DNA from: an uncultured delta proteobacterium
GTDB lineage: Bacteria > Myxococcota > UBA727 > VGSZ01
Length of the DNA stretch: 64,000 nucleotides
Reading direction: 5' to 3'
Assembly (NCBI GenBank): GCA_963775425.1
Contig: CAVZJB010000004.1
Span: 64,001-128,000 of the forward strand
Each line of letters starts with the position of its first letter. The stretch's first letter is position 1. Shown here piece by piece: positions 34,318-45,419 of the stretch. The notes below the pieces were generated by a model. The model was not told the origin of the DNA and ran no database searches. It saw only the letters and a program-made list of their open reading frames with translations. A program made the position numbers and the translations under genes.

Positions 34318-35567
34318 CGGAATGGGCCATCCGCGCCGACGGGCTCACCAAGGTCTACCCCATCGTCCAGGCCGCGACCGCGCACGGCTACGACACGTTG
34401 CGCGAGGCGCTGGTGCGGATCGCCCGGCGCCCGTTCTCCCGCCGGGAGCGCCAGGGCTCCATCACCGTGCTCGACGACGTCACATTCGACGTCGCGCGCG
34501 GTGACGTCGTCGCCGTCATCGGGCGCAACGGCGCCGGCAAGAGCACCCTCCTCAAGATCTTGAGCCGCATCGTGGAGCCCACGCGCGGGCGCGCCGAGAT
34601 CCGCGGGCGCACGTCGTCGCTGCTGGAGGTGGGGACGGGCTTTCACCCCGAGCTCACCGGGCGCGAGAACGTGTACTTGAACGGCACCATCCTCGGGATG
34701 ACCCGCCGCGAGATCCGCACCAAGATCGACGAGATCGTCTCGTTCGCGGGCGTGGAGCAGTTCCTCGACGTCCCCGTGAAGCGCTACTCGTCGGGCATGC
34801 AACTGCGCCTCGGCTTCTCGGTGGCCGCGCACCTCGATCCCGAGATCCTGTTCGTCGACGAAGTGCTCGCCGTCGGCGACGCCGAGTTCCAGAAGAAGTG
34901 CCTTGGAAAGATGGACCAGGTGGCCAGCGCCGGCCGCACCGTCCTGTTCGTCTCCCACGATCTCGCCGCCGCCGAGCGCCTCTGCAAGAGCGGCCTGCTG
35001 CTCGAGCGCGGGCGCATCGCGAAGCGCGGCACGCCACGCGAAGTGATCGACGCGTACCACAGGGCGCTCGCCGACACGCCGCCCACCGATCTCGCCGCGC
35101 GCCCGGACCGCCGCGGCGACGGCCGGGTGAAGTTCTGCGGCCTCGAGATCGAGGTGGACGGACACGTGGCGCCGGCGGCGCGCACGGGGTGCGATCTCGC
35201 GCTGAAGATCGACGTCGAGGCCACGGAGCCCTTGCGCACGGTGGTGGTCCACGTCGCGCTCTTCGACGGCGCCCGCCGCGCCATCGGCTTTTTGGGCTCG
35301 GACGTCACCGATGCACGAGGCGAGTCCCTCTCGGTGCCTCAGGGGCGCTCCCGGATCGTCGTCTCCCTGCCTCGCCTGCCGCTCCTCCCCGACACGTACT
35401 CGCTGAACCTCTTCTGCCGCGCCGACGGCGGCATCGCCGACTGGGTGCAGGACGCGGCGACGCTGCAGGTGATCGACGGCGACATCTACGGCTCGGGCAA
35501 GCTGCCGCCGCAGGGGTACGGCTCCTTCGCCATCGCCTGCTCGTTCTCCGCCGAGGACGCGGCGTGA
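34314..35567 (+). CDS. wzt: Polysaccharide ABC transporter ATPase with C-terminal Wzt carbohydrate-binding domain
   Basis: GRNGAGKST, GFHPELTGREN, YSSGMQLRLGF, VDEVLAVGD, plus a ~150-aa beta-rich extension. Confidence 0.92.
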   Translation: MTEWAIRADGLTKVYPIVQAATAHGYDTLREALVRIARRPFSRRERQGSITVLDDVTFDVARGDVVAVIGRNGAGKSTLLKILSRIVEPTRGRAEIRGRTSSLLEVGTGFHPELTGRENVYLNGTILGMTRREIRTKIDEIVSFAGVEQFLDVPVKRYSSGMQLRLGFSVAAHLDPEILFVDEVLAVGDAEFQKKCLGKMDQVASAGRTVLFVSHDLAAAERLCKSGLLLERGRIAKRGTPREVIDAYHRALADTPPTDLAARPDRRGDGRVKFCGLEIEVDGHVAPAARTGCDLALKIDVEATEPLRTVVVHVALFDGARRAIGFLGSDVTDARGESLSVPQGRSRIVVSLPRLPLLPDTYSLNLFCRADGGIADWVQDAATLQVIDGDIYGSGKLPPQGYGSFAIACSFSAEDAA

Positions 35568-36217
35568 TGAGCTGGCGCGCCCGCGCCCGCGCCGCGGCGC
35601 GCATCACGCTCACGGATCCCCGCCACCTCGCCGCGTGGCTGCGCTCGAGCTTCCGCGACGACTTCCCGATGCGCGCGCGCATCCCGTGGCTCACCTTCGA
35701 CGCGGTCGACCGCCTCGCGGCGCTCGACCTGCGCGGAAAGCGCGTCTTCGAGTGGGGCTCCGGCGGCTCCACGCTCTTCTTCCTCGACCGCGGCGCCCAC
35801 GTGACCTCCGTCGAGCACGACGCCTCGTGGCAGGCGCGCCTCGCGCCCCTGGTCGGCGACGCCGTGGACCTGCGGCTCATCGAGAGCGAGCCCGGCGGCG
35901 GCGGCGACCCCGCCGACCCCGACGCGTACGTCTCGAGCGAGGGCCCGCGCTACGAGCGCTACGCGCGCGCCGCGGAGGAGGTGCCCGATCAGAGCCTCAA
36001 CGTCGCGCTCGTCGACGGGCGCGCGCGCCCCTCGTGCATCAAGCACGCGGTGCCCAAGCTGCGGCACGGCGGCCTCCTCGTCGTCGACGACGCCGCGCGC
36101 CCTCACTACCTGGCGAAGGCGGGCGCCCTCCTTTTCGGCTGGGCCCACGAGCGCCACCGCGGCGCTGTGCCCGGGCTCGCGCAGGAGGGCTGCACCGACG
36201 TCTTCGTCAAGCCGTGA
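35567..36217 (+). CDS. Class I SAM-dependent methyltransferase
   Basis: PWLTFDA, VFEWGSGGST, SVEHD, LVDGRAR, GGLLVVDD. Confidence 0.82.
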   Translation: MSWRARARAAARITLTDPRHLAAWLRSSFRDDFPMRARIPWLTFDAVDRLAALDLRGKRVFEWGSGGSTLFFLDRGAHVTSVEHDASWQARLAPLVGDAVDLRLIESEPGGGGDPADPDAYVSSEGPRYERYARAAEEVPDQSLNVALVDGRARPSCIKHAVPKLRHGGLLVVDDAARPHYLAKAGALLFGWAHERHRGAVPGLAQEGCTDVFVKP

Positions 36218-38015
36218 CGGGCCGCGCGCTCGCCCCCGGGCGCTTGAAGCACACGTAGGTCGCGGTCGCGGGCGGACCGGCGTCGACCTCGAAGCGCGCC
36301 GCTACCTTCAGCCCGTGGTCGCCGAGCGCCCCGGCGAGGTCGCCTTCGATGAGCGCCGCGCGGTGCACGACGACGGCCGCCCGGCACACCCGCGCCGCCT
36401 CCGCGAGCGCCGCGCGCCGGTCCGGGACGCGCACAGCCCCGTCAGCGACGACGACGATGTCGAAGCTCTCATCCGCGAACGGCAAGCGCGTCGGGGACGC
36501 GGCGAGCGCGCGAAGCGGCGCGTCCGCGGGCGCGCCCCCGCCGCGCTCCGGCGGGGTGGCGTCGACACGGGTGATGCGCAGCTCGTGCCCGAGCAGCGCG
36601 AACAGCGCCTCGCCCGCCGGCCCGCCCGCGCGCGAGGCGTCCGCGCCCGCGTCCAGGCCCACCGTGAGGATGGCGTCGCGCGCGTGGCCCGTGCGCGCGA
36701 CGGCTTCGGCCAGCGCGCGGAACGCGACGCCCGGCCGTCCCATGTGGAGCTCGTAGAGCGCTTCGTCGTCGCTGCCGGCGCCGAAGGCACCGCTTCGGCC
36801 CGCGAGGCGAGCGAGCGAGCGAGCGAGCCGCGCACGATCCAGCGCGGCGCGCAGCGAGTCCGGCAGGGCGCGCGCGAGGACCCGCGCGGCGCGCTCGAGC
36901 GGGGCGCGCCGCGCGGCACCGAGGCCGACGCGGCCGCGGCGCGGGGGCCGATCCGCCAACAGCCCGGTGAGGAGCGGCAACGCCTCGGCAGCGCGCCGCT
37001 CGTACGTGTGATCGCGCAGCGTCCTTCGCTGCCCGGCCGCGGCGATCGCCGCGCGCTCCGCCGGGTGGTCGAGGAGCCAGCGGGCCTTGTCCGCGCACTC
37101 CTCGGCGCTCCGCCACGTCACCACCTCCTCGTCCGGCGAAAACAGCGAAGGCAGAGAGGGCTTCCTGTCCGTCAACAGCAGCGCGCCCATGCCGGTGGCC
37201 TCGAAGAGCCTCATGTTGTTCGCGAACCCGAGGGCGAAGGGTGCGTGCCGGTTCCACGCGACGCGCGCCTCGGCCAACAACGCGTACATCTCATTGCCCC
37301 AGGCCGCTCCGCGGTACCGCGCGCGCGCCGCCGGCCCCTCCGGCGGCGCCGGACCGTACAGCTCCACCCCCGGCACGGCGGCGACGAGGGTCTCGAGCGT
37401 GGCCGCGGCGCCCCCGTGGACGCCGCGCATGCCGCCGACAAAGACCACGTCCCGCTCCCTCGGTCGTGCGCCGATCTCGGCGAGCAGGCAGGGGTCGAAC
37501 GCCAACGGCACGTAACGGGCTCGACCCCCGAGGCGCGCGAACCAATCGACGAAGTGCGGCAAGGAGCTGACGAGCGCGTCGTACGGGCCGATGTCCACGT
37601 GCCTCGAGAGCGCCGCGGCCACCTGCCCCACCACGACCGCGCCGCGCGACGAGGCGCGACGGAGCACCTCGCTGGAGACGGCCTCGATGTCCAGGACCCA
37701 GACGACGTCCGGGCCCGCCGCGGAGAGCTGGGCGTCGAGGACGGCGGCGAGCGCCTGGCGCGGTGAAGGAGGCAGCGCGACGTCGTGCTCGATGGCCCAG
37801 CGCGCCTGGAGCGGGAGGCAGTTCGCGACGACGTCGGAGGCTTCGACGTCACCCCGCTGCGAAAACGCGCGCGACATGAAGTCCGACGTCCCGAAACGCG
37901 CCGCCACGATGGCCCGCAGTTGCGCCTCGTACGAGCCGCTGCGGCGCGCGGCGCCGGACCGGTAGAGCGCGGCGAGGAACGGCGCGTAGTTGGTGTCGAC
38001 GAACACGATCTTCAT
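36207..38015 (-). CDS. CgeB-like glycosyltransferase fused to a degenerate methyltransferase-like domain
   Basis: YVPLAFDP, DVVFVG, NMRLFEATGMGALLLTD, HTYERRA. C-terminal LPFADESFDIVV...LAEAARV. Confidence 0.78.
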   Translation of the reverse strand: MKIVFVDTNYAPFLAALYRSGAARRSGSYEAQLRAIVAARFGTSDFMSRAFSQRGDVEASDVVANCLPLQARWAIEHDVALPPSPRQALAAVLDAQLSAAGPDVVWVLDIEAVSSEVLRRASSRGAVVVGQVAAALSRHVDIGPYDALVSSLPHFVDWFARLGGRARYVPLAFDPCLLAEIGARPRERDVVFVGGMRGVHGGAAATLETLVAAVPGVELYGPAPPEGPAARARYRGAAWGNEMYALLAEARVAWNRHAPFALGFANNMRLFEATGMGALLLTDRKPSLPSLFSPDEEVVTWRSAEECADKARWLLDHPAERAAIAAAGQRRTLRDHTYERRAAEALPLLTGLLADRPPRRGRVGLGAARRAPLERAARVLARALPDSLRAALDRARLARSLARLAGRSGAFGAGSDDEALYELHMGRPGVAFRALAEAVARTGHARDAILTVGLDAGADASRAGGPAGEALFALLGHELRITRVDATPPERGGGAPADAPLRALAASPTRLPFADESFDIVVVADGAVRVPDRRAALAEAARVCRAAVVVHRAALIEGDLAGALGDHGLKVAARFEVDAGPPATATYVCFKRPGASARPVTA

Positions 38016-38034
38016 GCGCGTCCCACCGGCGCCA

Positions 38035-39232
38035 TCAACTCCACGTCGCGCGGACGCGGACCATCTCGTCGATGACGTCGAGGGCGCCCGCGGCGAAGTC
38101 GTCGGCTGTGAAGCGGCGCGCGCGCGCGCGGCCGCGCTCGACGAGCCCGGCGCGCTCCGCGTCGTCTTTCAGGATGCGCGCGAGGGAGGCAGCGAAGCCG
38201 CGGGCGTCGAGCGGATCCACGAGGAGCGCCGCGTCGCCGAGCTGCTCCTCGGCGCCGGCGACGCGCGCGGCGACGACGGGGCACCCGAGCGCGAACGCCT
38301 CGAGCGGCGGCAGGTTCTCGGGCCCGAAGAAGCTCGGATACGCCATGGCGCCGGCCTGGCGGTACAGGGCGACGAGAGCGCGCTGCTCGACGAAGCCGAG
38401 GAAGTGGACGCGGGCGCCGAGGCCGGCCCGCGACGCGCGCTCGCGGAGCGCCGCGCCCTGGCCGCGATCGGAGCCCGGCAACGCGGAGATCGACGCGCAC
38501 GCCGTGCTCCTCTTCGAGCAGGCGCACCGCCTCGAACAGCGTGGCGTGGTTCTTGTGCGGCCACAGTTGCGCCGGGTAGACGATGAACGGGCGCGCCACG
38601 CCGAGCCGCGACAACGCCGCGGCGTCCCCGGCGTCGTCGGCAGCGGCGTCGAGCGCGAAGCGCGGCGTCGGGTGCGGCAGCTTGCGGACCCGGTCGGCAG
38701 GCACCTGGAAGAACGACTCCACCTCGGCGGCGCCGACTGCGGTTCCGACCACGACACGCAACGCCCGCCGGAGCGTCTCCGCCGTGGTGCGCTCGCGCGA
38801 CGCGTACTCGCCGTCGGCGGACACCTCCGGGAACCACGGCTGTACGCGGTGCTGAAGGTCCCAGACCGTCACGGCGTAGGGCACGTCCAGGAGCGGGAGG
38901 AACGGCCCCGGGGAGAAGACGAGCGCGACGCCGTCGTCCGCGAGGCGCCGGTGCCACAGCGTCGACACGCGCCTCGCGACCCCTCGTCCGGCGAGCTCGG
39001 CGACGGCGCGCGCGCCGCGACGCAGCTTGCGGCGGAGCGCGCTGTCGTCGACGCGCACCACGGGGAGGGCGCCGAGCTCGCGGGTGTCGAGGGCCTCACC
39101 CCGGGTATACACGACGAGCTCACGGCCCGGCCGCGGAGGCGCGCGGCCGAGCGCCTTCACGATCTCCACGGTGATCGTGTGGCCGCCGCCGACGGCCGCC
39201 ACGAGGTCCTCCGCGTATACCGCCACTTTCAT
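38035..39232 (-). pseudogene. GT4 glycosyltransferase interrupted by a +1 frameshift near 38485 (real or sequencing error)
   Basis: N-half MKVAVY...TVWDLQH...YPAQLWPHKNH in one frame. C-half GSDRG...FLGFV...YPSFFGPENLPPLEAFALGCPV in another. Removing one base of GG at 38485-38486 joins them. Confidence 0.8.
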
Positions 39233-39966
39233 GACGCGCGCTTCCTGGCGACGGCCACGAGGTGGAACGTGTCCAGGGAGGGCGGCTCGTCGGAGAAGCC
39301 GCCGGTGAGCGACGACAGCTCGAGCCCGGCGTCCTCGATGAAGCGCGCGAGCTCGGGCGCGAGAAACATGCGCCCCTGGTGGGTCTCCTCGAGCGGCGGC
39401 GCACCCGGCGCGCACAGCGTCCAGCGCACGGTGGCGACGGCCGTGCGCGCGTCGACGCTCGTCTCCGAAAAGCGGATGACGCCGCCGGGGAGCCTGCGCA
39501 GCCGCACGGGCTCGAAGTGCGCGAACATCGCCGCCGCGTGCCACACCTCCACGACGACGAGCCCCCCGGCGCGGACTGCGCCGGCCATCCCGCGCAGGGT
39601 ACTGGAGACGCCGGCGTCGGTGCGGGCGTAGCCGAGGGAGTCGAACAGGCACACGGCGGCGTCGAAAACGCCGCGCTCGTCGAGCCGCGTCATGTCGCCT
39701 ACGCGCAGCGGCGCCGAGGGGAGGCGGCGGCGCGCGAGGGCGATCATGTCCGCGGACGCGTCGACGCCGGCGACGTCGACGCCGAGGCGCGCGAGCTCTT
39801 CGGCGTGCCGCCCGGTGCCGCACGCGACGTCGAGGACGCGCGGCGCGGCGCCGACCGCCGTCACGCGCGCGGAGACGAACGACGCCTCGGCGGCGTAGTC
39901 CTTGTCCGCGTACAGCGCGTCGTACAGCTCCGCGAAGCGCCCGGAGTAGGGGACCGGGCCGGTCAC
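39229..39966 (-). CDS. Class I SAM-dependent methyltransferase (sugar N/O-methyltransferase-like)
   Basis: YDALYADKDYAAE, VLDVACGTGRH, GVDASADM, GDM, FDAAVCLFDS. Confidence 0.87.
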   Translation of the reverse strand: MTGPVPYSGRFAELYDALYADKDYAAEASFVSARVTAVGAAPRVLDVACGTGRHAEELARLGVDVAGVDASADMIALARRRLPSAPLRVGDMTRLDERGVFDAAVCLFDSLGYARTDAGVSSTLRGMAGAVRAGGLVVVEVWHAAAMFAHFEPVRLRRLPGGVIRFSETSVDARTAVATVRWTLCAPGAPPLEETHQGRMFLAPELARFIEDAGLELSSLTGGFSDEPPSLDTFHLVAVARKRAS

Positions 39967-41069
39967 GCCACCGCCCGCGACAGCGCCGTCGCCACGACGG
40001 CGATCTGCTGGTCCGTGAGCGTCGGCGAGGACGGCAGGTAGAAGCCACGCTCCCACATGGCGTCGGCGACCGGACAGGGCGCCGACCGGAAGCCCGGCAG
40101 CGCCTGCAGGCACGGCTGCGCGCTCATGGGACAAAAGAAGGTGCGGGTCTCGACGCCGTCGCTGCGCAGCCGCTCCATCACCTCGTCGCGGGAGGCAGGG
40201 CAGCCCTCGCGGACCATCAGCGCGAACATCCAGTAGACGTGACGTGCCCACGACTCCTCGACGGGAAGCACGAGGTGCGGCACCGCCGCGAGTGCGGCGC
40301 GGTAGCGGTCCGCCATGCGCCGCTTGGCCGCGACGATCTCGTCGAGGCGGCCGAGCTGCCGGGTGCCGAGCGCGGCCTGCATCCCCGTCATGCGGAAGTT
40401 GTGCCCGAGCACGGCGTGCACGAAGCGCGGCTGCGCAAAGCCGAGGTTGCGCAGCAACCGCAGGCGCTCGGCGAGCGCGTCGTCGTCGGTGACAACGGCG
40501 CCACCTTCGCCGGTGGTGACGATCTTGTTGGCGTAGAAGCTGAAACAGCCCATGTCACCGAACGATCCCGTCATCCGGCCGCGCACCGTGGCGCCGTGAG
40601 ACTCGGCGCAATCCTCGATGACCACGAGGCCGCGCTTGCGCGCCACCGGCAGCAGAGCGTCCATGTCCACGGGGTGCCCGAACAGGTGCACGGGGATGAT
40701 GGCGCGGGTGCGCGGCGTGCAGAGCGCGTCGACGAGGGCGACGTCGATGTTGCCGGTGCGCGGCTCGCTGTCGACGGGCACGGGCAGCGCGCCGTTATGG
40801 ACCGCCGCGAGCGCGGTGGCGATATTGGTGCTGGCCGACACCAGCACCTCGTCACCGGCGCCCACGCCGGCGGCCTGCACCGCCAACTGCAGCGCCGCCG
40901 TGCCGCTCGAGACCACCACCGCGTGCTTGACGCCGACTTGCGCCGCGAGCCGCGCCTCGAACCGCGGGATGGCTTTGCCGAACGTGCCCGAGATCTCTCC
41001 GCGGGCAAGCGCACGCACGACCTCGTCCACGTCCTCCGGGCGGATGTCGGGCGAAAACACCGGGATCAA
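39963..41069 (-). CDS. DegT/DnrJ/EryC1/StrS aminotransferase (perosamine-synthase-like)
   Basis: SSGTAAL, IIPVHLFGHP, IEDCAESHG, FSFYANKIVTTGEGG, NFRMT, LPSSP. Confidence 0.92.
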   Translation of the reverse strand: MIPVFSPDIRPEDVDEVVRALARGEISGTFGKAIPRFEARLAAQVGVKHAVVVSSGTAALQLAVQAAGVGAGDEVLVSASTNIATALAAVHNGALPVPVDSEPRTGNIDVALVDALCTPRTRAIIPVHLFGHPVDMDALLPVARKRGLVVIEDCAESHGATVRGRMTGSFGDMGCFSFYANKIVTTGEGGAVVTDDDALAERLRLLRNLGFAQPRFVHAVLGHNFRMTGMQAALGTRQLGRLDEIVAAKRRMADRYRAALAAVPHLVLPVEESWARHVYWMFALMVREGCPASRDEVMERLRSDGVETRTFFCPMSAQPCLQALPGFRSAPCPVADAMWERGFYLPSSPTLTDQQIAVVATALSRAVA

Positions 41070-41515
41070 CGGGGATCACTCCGGCCGACGTCGACGATGA
41101 CCTTGTCGTTCTCGGTGCCGAGGAACGGCCCCTGCTTCACGCTGATGCACTGCATGTCTTCGAGCACGCGGATCGCGTGCACGCCGTGGATGAGGACGAT
41201 GGCGTCGCCGGCGCGCAGCGTCACCTCGCGCAGCAGGCTGCCGTCGTCGCGGTAGAGCTCCACCGCGACCACCCCGCGTTGCACGACGAACATCTGCTGC
41301 AGGTCGTCGATCTGGCGGGAGACCGCCCGGTGGTAGTGAGGCGGCTCCTGGAACCCGGCCTCGTGCGCGAGCAGGCCGAACTGAAACGACGAAGACGCCG
41401 GCGAGAAGAACGTGGTGGTCTTCACCGAGGTCCCCGCCCAGATGATCTCCGCGTACTTGGTGCCGGCGTGCTCGATGGCCTCGACTCCGTCGTGCGCAGG
41501 ACTATTCGATGTCAC
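41066..41515 (-). CDS. Cupin-fold protein of polysaccharide loci (WbuC-like)
   Basis: PPHYH...QQMFVVQRG...LRAGDAIVLIHGVHAI...VKQGPF...DK. Confidence 0.7.
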   Translation of the reverse strand: MTSNSPAHDGVEAIEHAGTKYAEIIWAGTSVKTTTFFSPASSSFQFGLLAHEAGFQEPPHYHRAVSRQIDDLQQMFVVQRGVVAVELYRDDGSLLREVTLRAGDAIVLIHGVHAIRVLEDMQCISVKQGPFLGTENDKVIVDVGRSDPR

Positions 41516-42452
41516 GGAGCCTCTTCCTCTCGCCGCTGACGACGTCGACGACCTGCATCTCTTCGATCGCGCGCCGGCGGGCAGCGCCGCGCAGGTACGT
41601 CAGCATACCACGGGGTCCCCGCGACTCGCGAAAGCGGGAGGCGACGAAGCCGCCGGGCACACCGGGGTCGGGGAGCGCGGCCGCGATGGCTTCGCGAACG
41701 AAGTACGCGTTGTTGCCGGCGCTGTTGCACCCGATGAACCGCATGCCCTTCTTCGCCGCGAGCGCCGTCAGCGCGGGGAGCGAAGCCCCCCAGTACAAAA
41801 ACGACGGGTGCGCCGACGCGCGCCGGAACGCGGGGTCGTACGGCACGCTCACCGTGGCGCGGGCGCCGAACACGGCGTTGTATTCGAGGATGGCGATGTC
41901 GGGAGTGACGACGTCCAACGCCTCCCACACCCAGTAGTCGTTGCCGTCGATGTCGATGTGCAACAGCCCGATGCGGCCGGTGACGCCCGCCTCGCGGATG
42001 AGGTCGTTCACGTTTTCGCGCGTGACAAACGCGGCGCGTGCGTCGAGGTCGTGACGCCATGAGATCTCGTCCGCGCGGATGCGTGCGACGTTGTTGTCGC
42101 TGCCGTCCATGACAAAGCCACGCCAGTTGTCGCGCACGAGCAGGAAGCGCGTGTTGGCCTCGCGATAGTCCTCGACGCCGAACTCGACGAAGGTGTCCAC
42201 CTCGATGGGCAGGTGGTGCGCCAGGTACTGGATGATCCCGTCGTCGCCGAACTGCGAGAAGACACGCAGCTCGACGTCACGCAGCGCCCGCACGGACCCG
42301 AGCGCGCGAATCCGCTGCACGGCTGGCTCCGCCGCGAGCACCTTGAGCGTCTCCACCTCGCGCTCGACGCGGGCCGTGAGCGCGAGCAGGTCTCTGACGC
42401 GACGAAGCCCGCGGGCGGGCGCTCTGGGCCACATGTGACGCTTTTCGCACAT
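41502..42452 (-). CDS. Conserved polysaccharide-locus protein, methyltransferase-fold-like
   Basis: VFSQFGDDGII, FVEFGV, LLHIDIDGNDYWVW, EYNAVFG, YWGASL, GNNAYFV. Start may be ATG 42434. Confidence 0.75.
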   Translation of the reverse strand: MCEKRHMWPRAPARGLRRVRDLLALTARVEREVETLKVLAAEPAVQRIRALGSVRALRDVELRVFSQFGDDGIIQYLAHHLPIEVDTFVEFGVEDYREANTRFLLVRDNWRGFVMDGSDNNVARIRADEISWRHDLDARAAFVTRENVNDLIREAGVTGRIGLLHIDIDGNDYWVWEALDVVTPDIAILEYNAVFGARATVSVPYDPAFRRASAHPSFLYWGASLPALTALAAKKGMRFIGCNSAGNNAYFVREAIAAALPDPGVPGGFVASRFRESRGPRGMLTYLRGAARRRAIEEMQVVDVVSGERKRLRDIE

Positions 42453-42486
42453 GGAGAGAGGTGATCGAAATTGCTAGTCTGCGCCC

Positions 42487-43296
42487 GTGCGCTTCACCCT
42501 CGTCACGCCCGTCTTGAACGGCATGCCGTTCCTGCCGGCGTGCGTCGAGTCCATCGATCTCCAGCGGCGGGACGGCGTCGAGGTCGAGCACGTCGTCTGC
42601 GACGCCGGCTCCACCGACGGCACCCGCGAGTGGCTGCGGGCGCACGCGCCGCACGCCACGCTCGTGTTCGAGCCCGACCGCGGTCAGGTCGACGCCCTCG
42701 AGCGTGCCTTCGCGCGCGCCGGCGGCGAGGTGCTCGGCTGGCTGAACGCAGACGACATCCTCGAGCCCCACGCGCTGCGTCGCGCGGCGGACGCTTTTAC
42801 GGCGGCGCGCGCGGAGGGGCGGCCGGCGGTGGCGGTCACCGGCGCGTGCGTGCTCGTCGACGAGGACAACGTGCCCTTCACGGTGGTCGCGCCGCCCGCC
42901 GGTGACGTCGAGCCGCGCGCGCTGTTGTGGCGCGTGCGCAACCTGATGCAGGCCTCCACGTTCTTCACGCGCGACGGGTTCCGGGCGGCGGGCGGCTTCG
43001 ACCACAGCCTCGACCTCGCGTTCGACGCCGACCTGTTCCGCCGCCTCGCGCAGCTCGGGCGGGTGACGTCGTTGCCGTCGGAGATCCTCTCGCGCTTCCG
43101 CATCCACGCAGCCAGCAAGACGGAGCGCAACCACGCCGACTCCGCGCGCCAGGATCTGCGCTCGCGCCGCAAGCTCGGGCTGCCCTGGACGAGCCCCGCG
43201 GCGTGGACGCTCGTCAAGCGCGGCTACGTGTACCCGCTGTTGCCCGCGGGCACGCTGCGCGCCGCGCGCCGCGTCGTGGGGGCCCTGCGCGGATGA
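42487..43296 (+). CDS. GT2 family glycosyltransferase
   Basis: LVTPVLNG, VCDAGSTDGT, EPDRGQ, WLNADD. Confidence 0.9.
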   Translation: MRFTLVTPVLNGMPFLPACVESIDLQRRDGVEVEHVVCDAGSTDGTREWLRAHAPHATLVFEPDRGQVDALERAFARAGGEVLGWLNADDILEPHALRRAADAFTAARAEGRPAVAVTGACVLVDEDNVPFTVVAPPAGDVEPRALLWRVRNLMQASTFFTRDGFRAAGGFDHSLDLAFDADLFRRLAQLGRVTSLPSEILSRFRIHAASKTERNHADSARQDLRSRRKLGLPWTSPAAWTLVKRGYVYPLLPAGTLRAARRVVGALRG

Positions 43297-44420
43297 TCCC
43301 CTTGCATTGCGTCGTCGACGCCCGCGCCGTCGTCCCCGCGGCGCTCGACGGCGTCGGCCGGCACTGGTGGCTCACCCTGGCCGCGCTCCCGGCCCTCCTC
43401 GAAGCGGACGCGCGCGACGTCCGGGTGACCCTCGTCGCCCAACCCGACGCCGTCGACGCGTTGCGGGCCCAGACCGGCGGCTGCGTCGCCGTCGTCGCGA
43501 GCGACGTGCCGGTGGCCTCCCTCGTGCAGCACTTCACCTGGCCGCGCGCCATCGCCGCGCTCCGGCCCGACGTCGTCACCTACCCGCAGTACGACATGCC
43601 CTTCGTCCCCGCCGGCGCGGCCTCCGTCGCCGCCGTATACGACTTCACCTACGTCGACGAGCCCGGCTACTTCGGCGCGCGACGCGAGCACCGGCGCCTC
43701 GCCGCCGCGGCGCTGCTGTCCTCTACGGTGGCCCGCGCCACGCGTGTGCTGACGCTCTCCGAGACCATCGCCCACGAGATTGGGCGCCGCTTCCCGCGCC
43801 GCGCGGACCGCGTGCGGGTGGTCGCGCCCGGGCCGGTGTCGCTGCCGGCGCCCGCGCCGGGGCCGCTCGCCCCTGCCCGCTTCGCCTACATCGGCAACCA
43901 CCGGCCTCACAAGCGCGTGCCCGTGCTCCTCGACGCCTTCGCGCGGCTCCGCGCCCTGCGGCCCGACGCGGAGCTCGTGCTGTCCAGCCGCGCCGATCCC
44001 CGCTTCGCCGACGTCGCCGCGCGCGCCCGCGCGACGCCCGGCGTCACGCTCCTCGAGGCGCCGTCGGACGAGCGCGTCGCGGAGGTCGTGGCCTCGAGCC
44101 GCGCGCTCCTGTTCGCCTCCGTGGGCGAGGGCTTCGGCTTCCCCGTGGTGGAGGCGCAAGCGCTCGGCACGCCCGCCATCGTGGCCGACGCCGGATCGCT
44201 GCCCGAGGTCACCGCCGACGGGGGCATCGTCATCAGCCCGCACGACGACGTCGGGGCCTGGTGCGCCGCCATGGTGCGGCTGCTCGACGACGACGAGCGA
44301 GCGCGCCTGTCCGCGCGCGCGCGTGCGGCCGCGGCCGCGCGCTCCTGGGAGCTTGCCGCGCGCAGCCTCGTTACGATCTGGCGTGAGGCGGCCGCCGAGC
44401 GCAAGAATGGCCGCACATGA
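43293..44420 (+). CDS. GT4 family glycosyltransferase
   Basis: [41 protein letters not shown] overlap. Confidence 0.88.
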   Translation: MIPLHCVVDARAVVPAALDGVGRHWWLTLAALPALLEADARDVRVTLVAQPDAVDALRAQTGGCVAVVASDVPVASLVQHFTWPRAIAALRPDVVTYPQYDMPFVPAGAASVAAVYDFTYVDEPGYFGARREHRRLAAAALLSSTVARATRVLTLSETIAHEIGRRFPRRADRVRVVAPGPVSLPAPAPGPLAPARFAYIGNHRPHKRVPVLLDAFARLRALRPDAELVLSSRADPRFADVAARARATPGVTLLEAPSDERVAEVVASSRALLFASVGEGFGFPVVEAQALGTPAIVADAGSLPEVTADGGIVISPHDDVGAWCAAMVRLLDDDERARLSARARAAAAARSWELAARSLVTIWREAAAERKNGRT

Positions 44421-45418
44421 CCAACAAGCGGGCGCTCATCACCGGCATCACCGGGCAGGACGGCTCCTACCTCGCGGAGCTCCTCCTCTCCAAGGGGTAC
44501 GAGGTGGCCGGCATCGTGCGGCGGTCGAGCTCCATGGAGCGCGCGCGCATCGACCACCTCCACCTCATCGAGTCTTCGAGCGCGCGCGACGACGTCAAGC
44601 TCTACTACGGCGACCTCACCGACGGCTCGTCGCTGAACCGCACGTTGCGCGAATTCAAGCCCGACGAGATCTACAACCTCGGCGCCCAGAGCCACGTGCG
44701 CGTCTCGTTCGACGTGCCCGAGTACACCACCGACGTCGACGCGCTCGGCACCGTGCGCGTCCTCGAGGCCATCCGCGACGTCGGCATCGCGCCCCGCTTC
44801 TACCAGGCCAGCTCCTCGGAGCTGTTCGGCAAGGCGCTGGAGGTGCCGCAGACGGAGACCACGCCGTTCAACCCCCGCAGCCCGTACGCCTGCGCCAAGG
44901 CGTTCTCGTTCTTCCTCGTGAAGAACTACCGTGAGGCGTACGGGATGTTCGCGGTGAACGGCATCCTGTTCAACCACGAGTCGCCGCGCCGCAGCCCCAA
45001 CTTCGTCACGCGCAAGATCACCAAGGCCGCGGCGCGCATCAAGCTCGGCCTTCAACAGACGGTGGCGCTCGGCAACCTCGAGGCGCGACGCGACTGGGGC
45101 TTCGCCGGTGACTACGTAGACGCCATGTGGCGCATGCTCCAGGCGGAGACGCCGGACGACTTCGTCATCGCCACGGGGGAGACGCACTCCATCCGCCAGC
45201 TCCTCGACGAAGCGTTCAGCCATGTGGGCATCGATTGGACGCCGCACGTCACCCACGACCCGCGCCAGCTCCGGCCCACGGAGGTCGACATGCTGCTCGG
45301 CGACGCCAGGAAGGCGAAGCGCGACCTCGGTTGGGAGCCGACGATGCGCTTCCGTGAGCTTGTCCGCACCATGGTCGACGCGGATCTCGAGCGCGAAGCG
45401 CGCCTCCGCGGGACCTGA
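44417..45418 (+). CDS. gmd: GDP-mannose 4,6-dehydratase
   Basis: [54 protein letters not shown]. Confidence 0.96.
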   Translation: MTNKRALITGITGQDGSYLAELLLSKGYEVAGIVRRSSSMERARIDHLHLIESSSARDDVKLYYGDLTDGSSLNRTLREFKPDEIYNLGAQSHVRVSFDVPEYTTDVDALGTVRVLEAIRDVGIAPRFYQASSSELFGKALEVPQTETTPFNPRSPYACAKAFSFFLVKNYREAYGMFAVNGILFNHESPRRSPNFVTRKITKAAARIKLGLQQTVALGNLEARRDWGFAGDYVDAMWRMLQAETPDDFVIATGETHSIRQLLDEAFSHVGIDWTPHVTHDPRQLRPTEVDMLLGDARKAKRDLGWEPTMRFRELVRTMVDADLEREARLRGT

Positions 45419-45419
45419 C

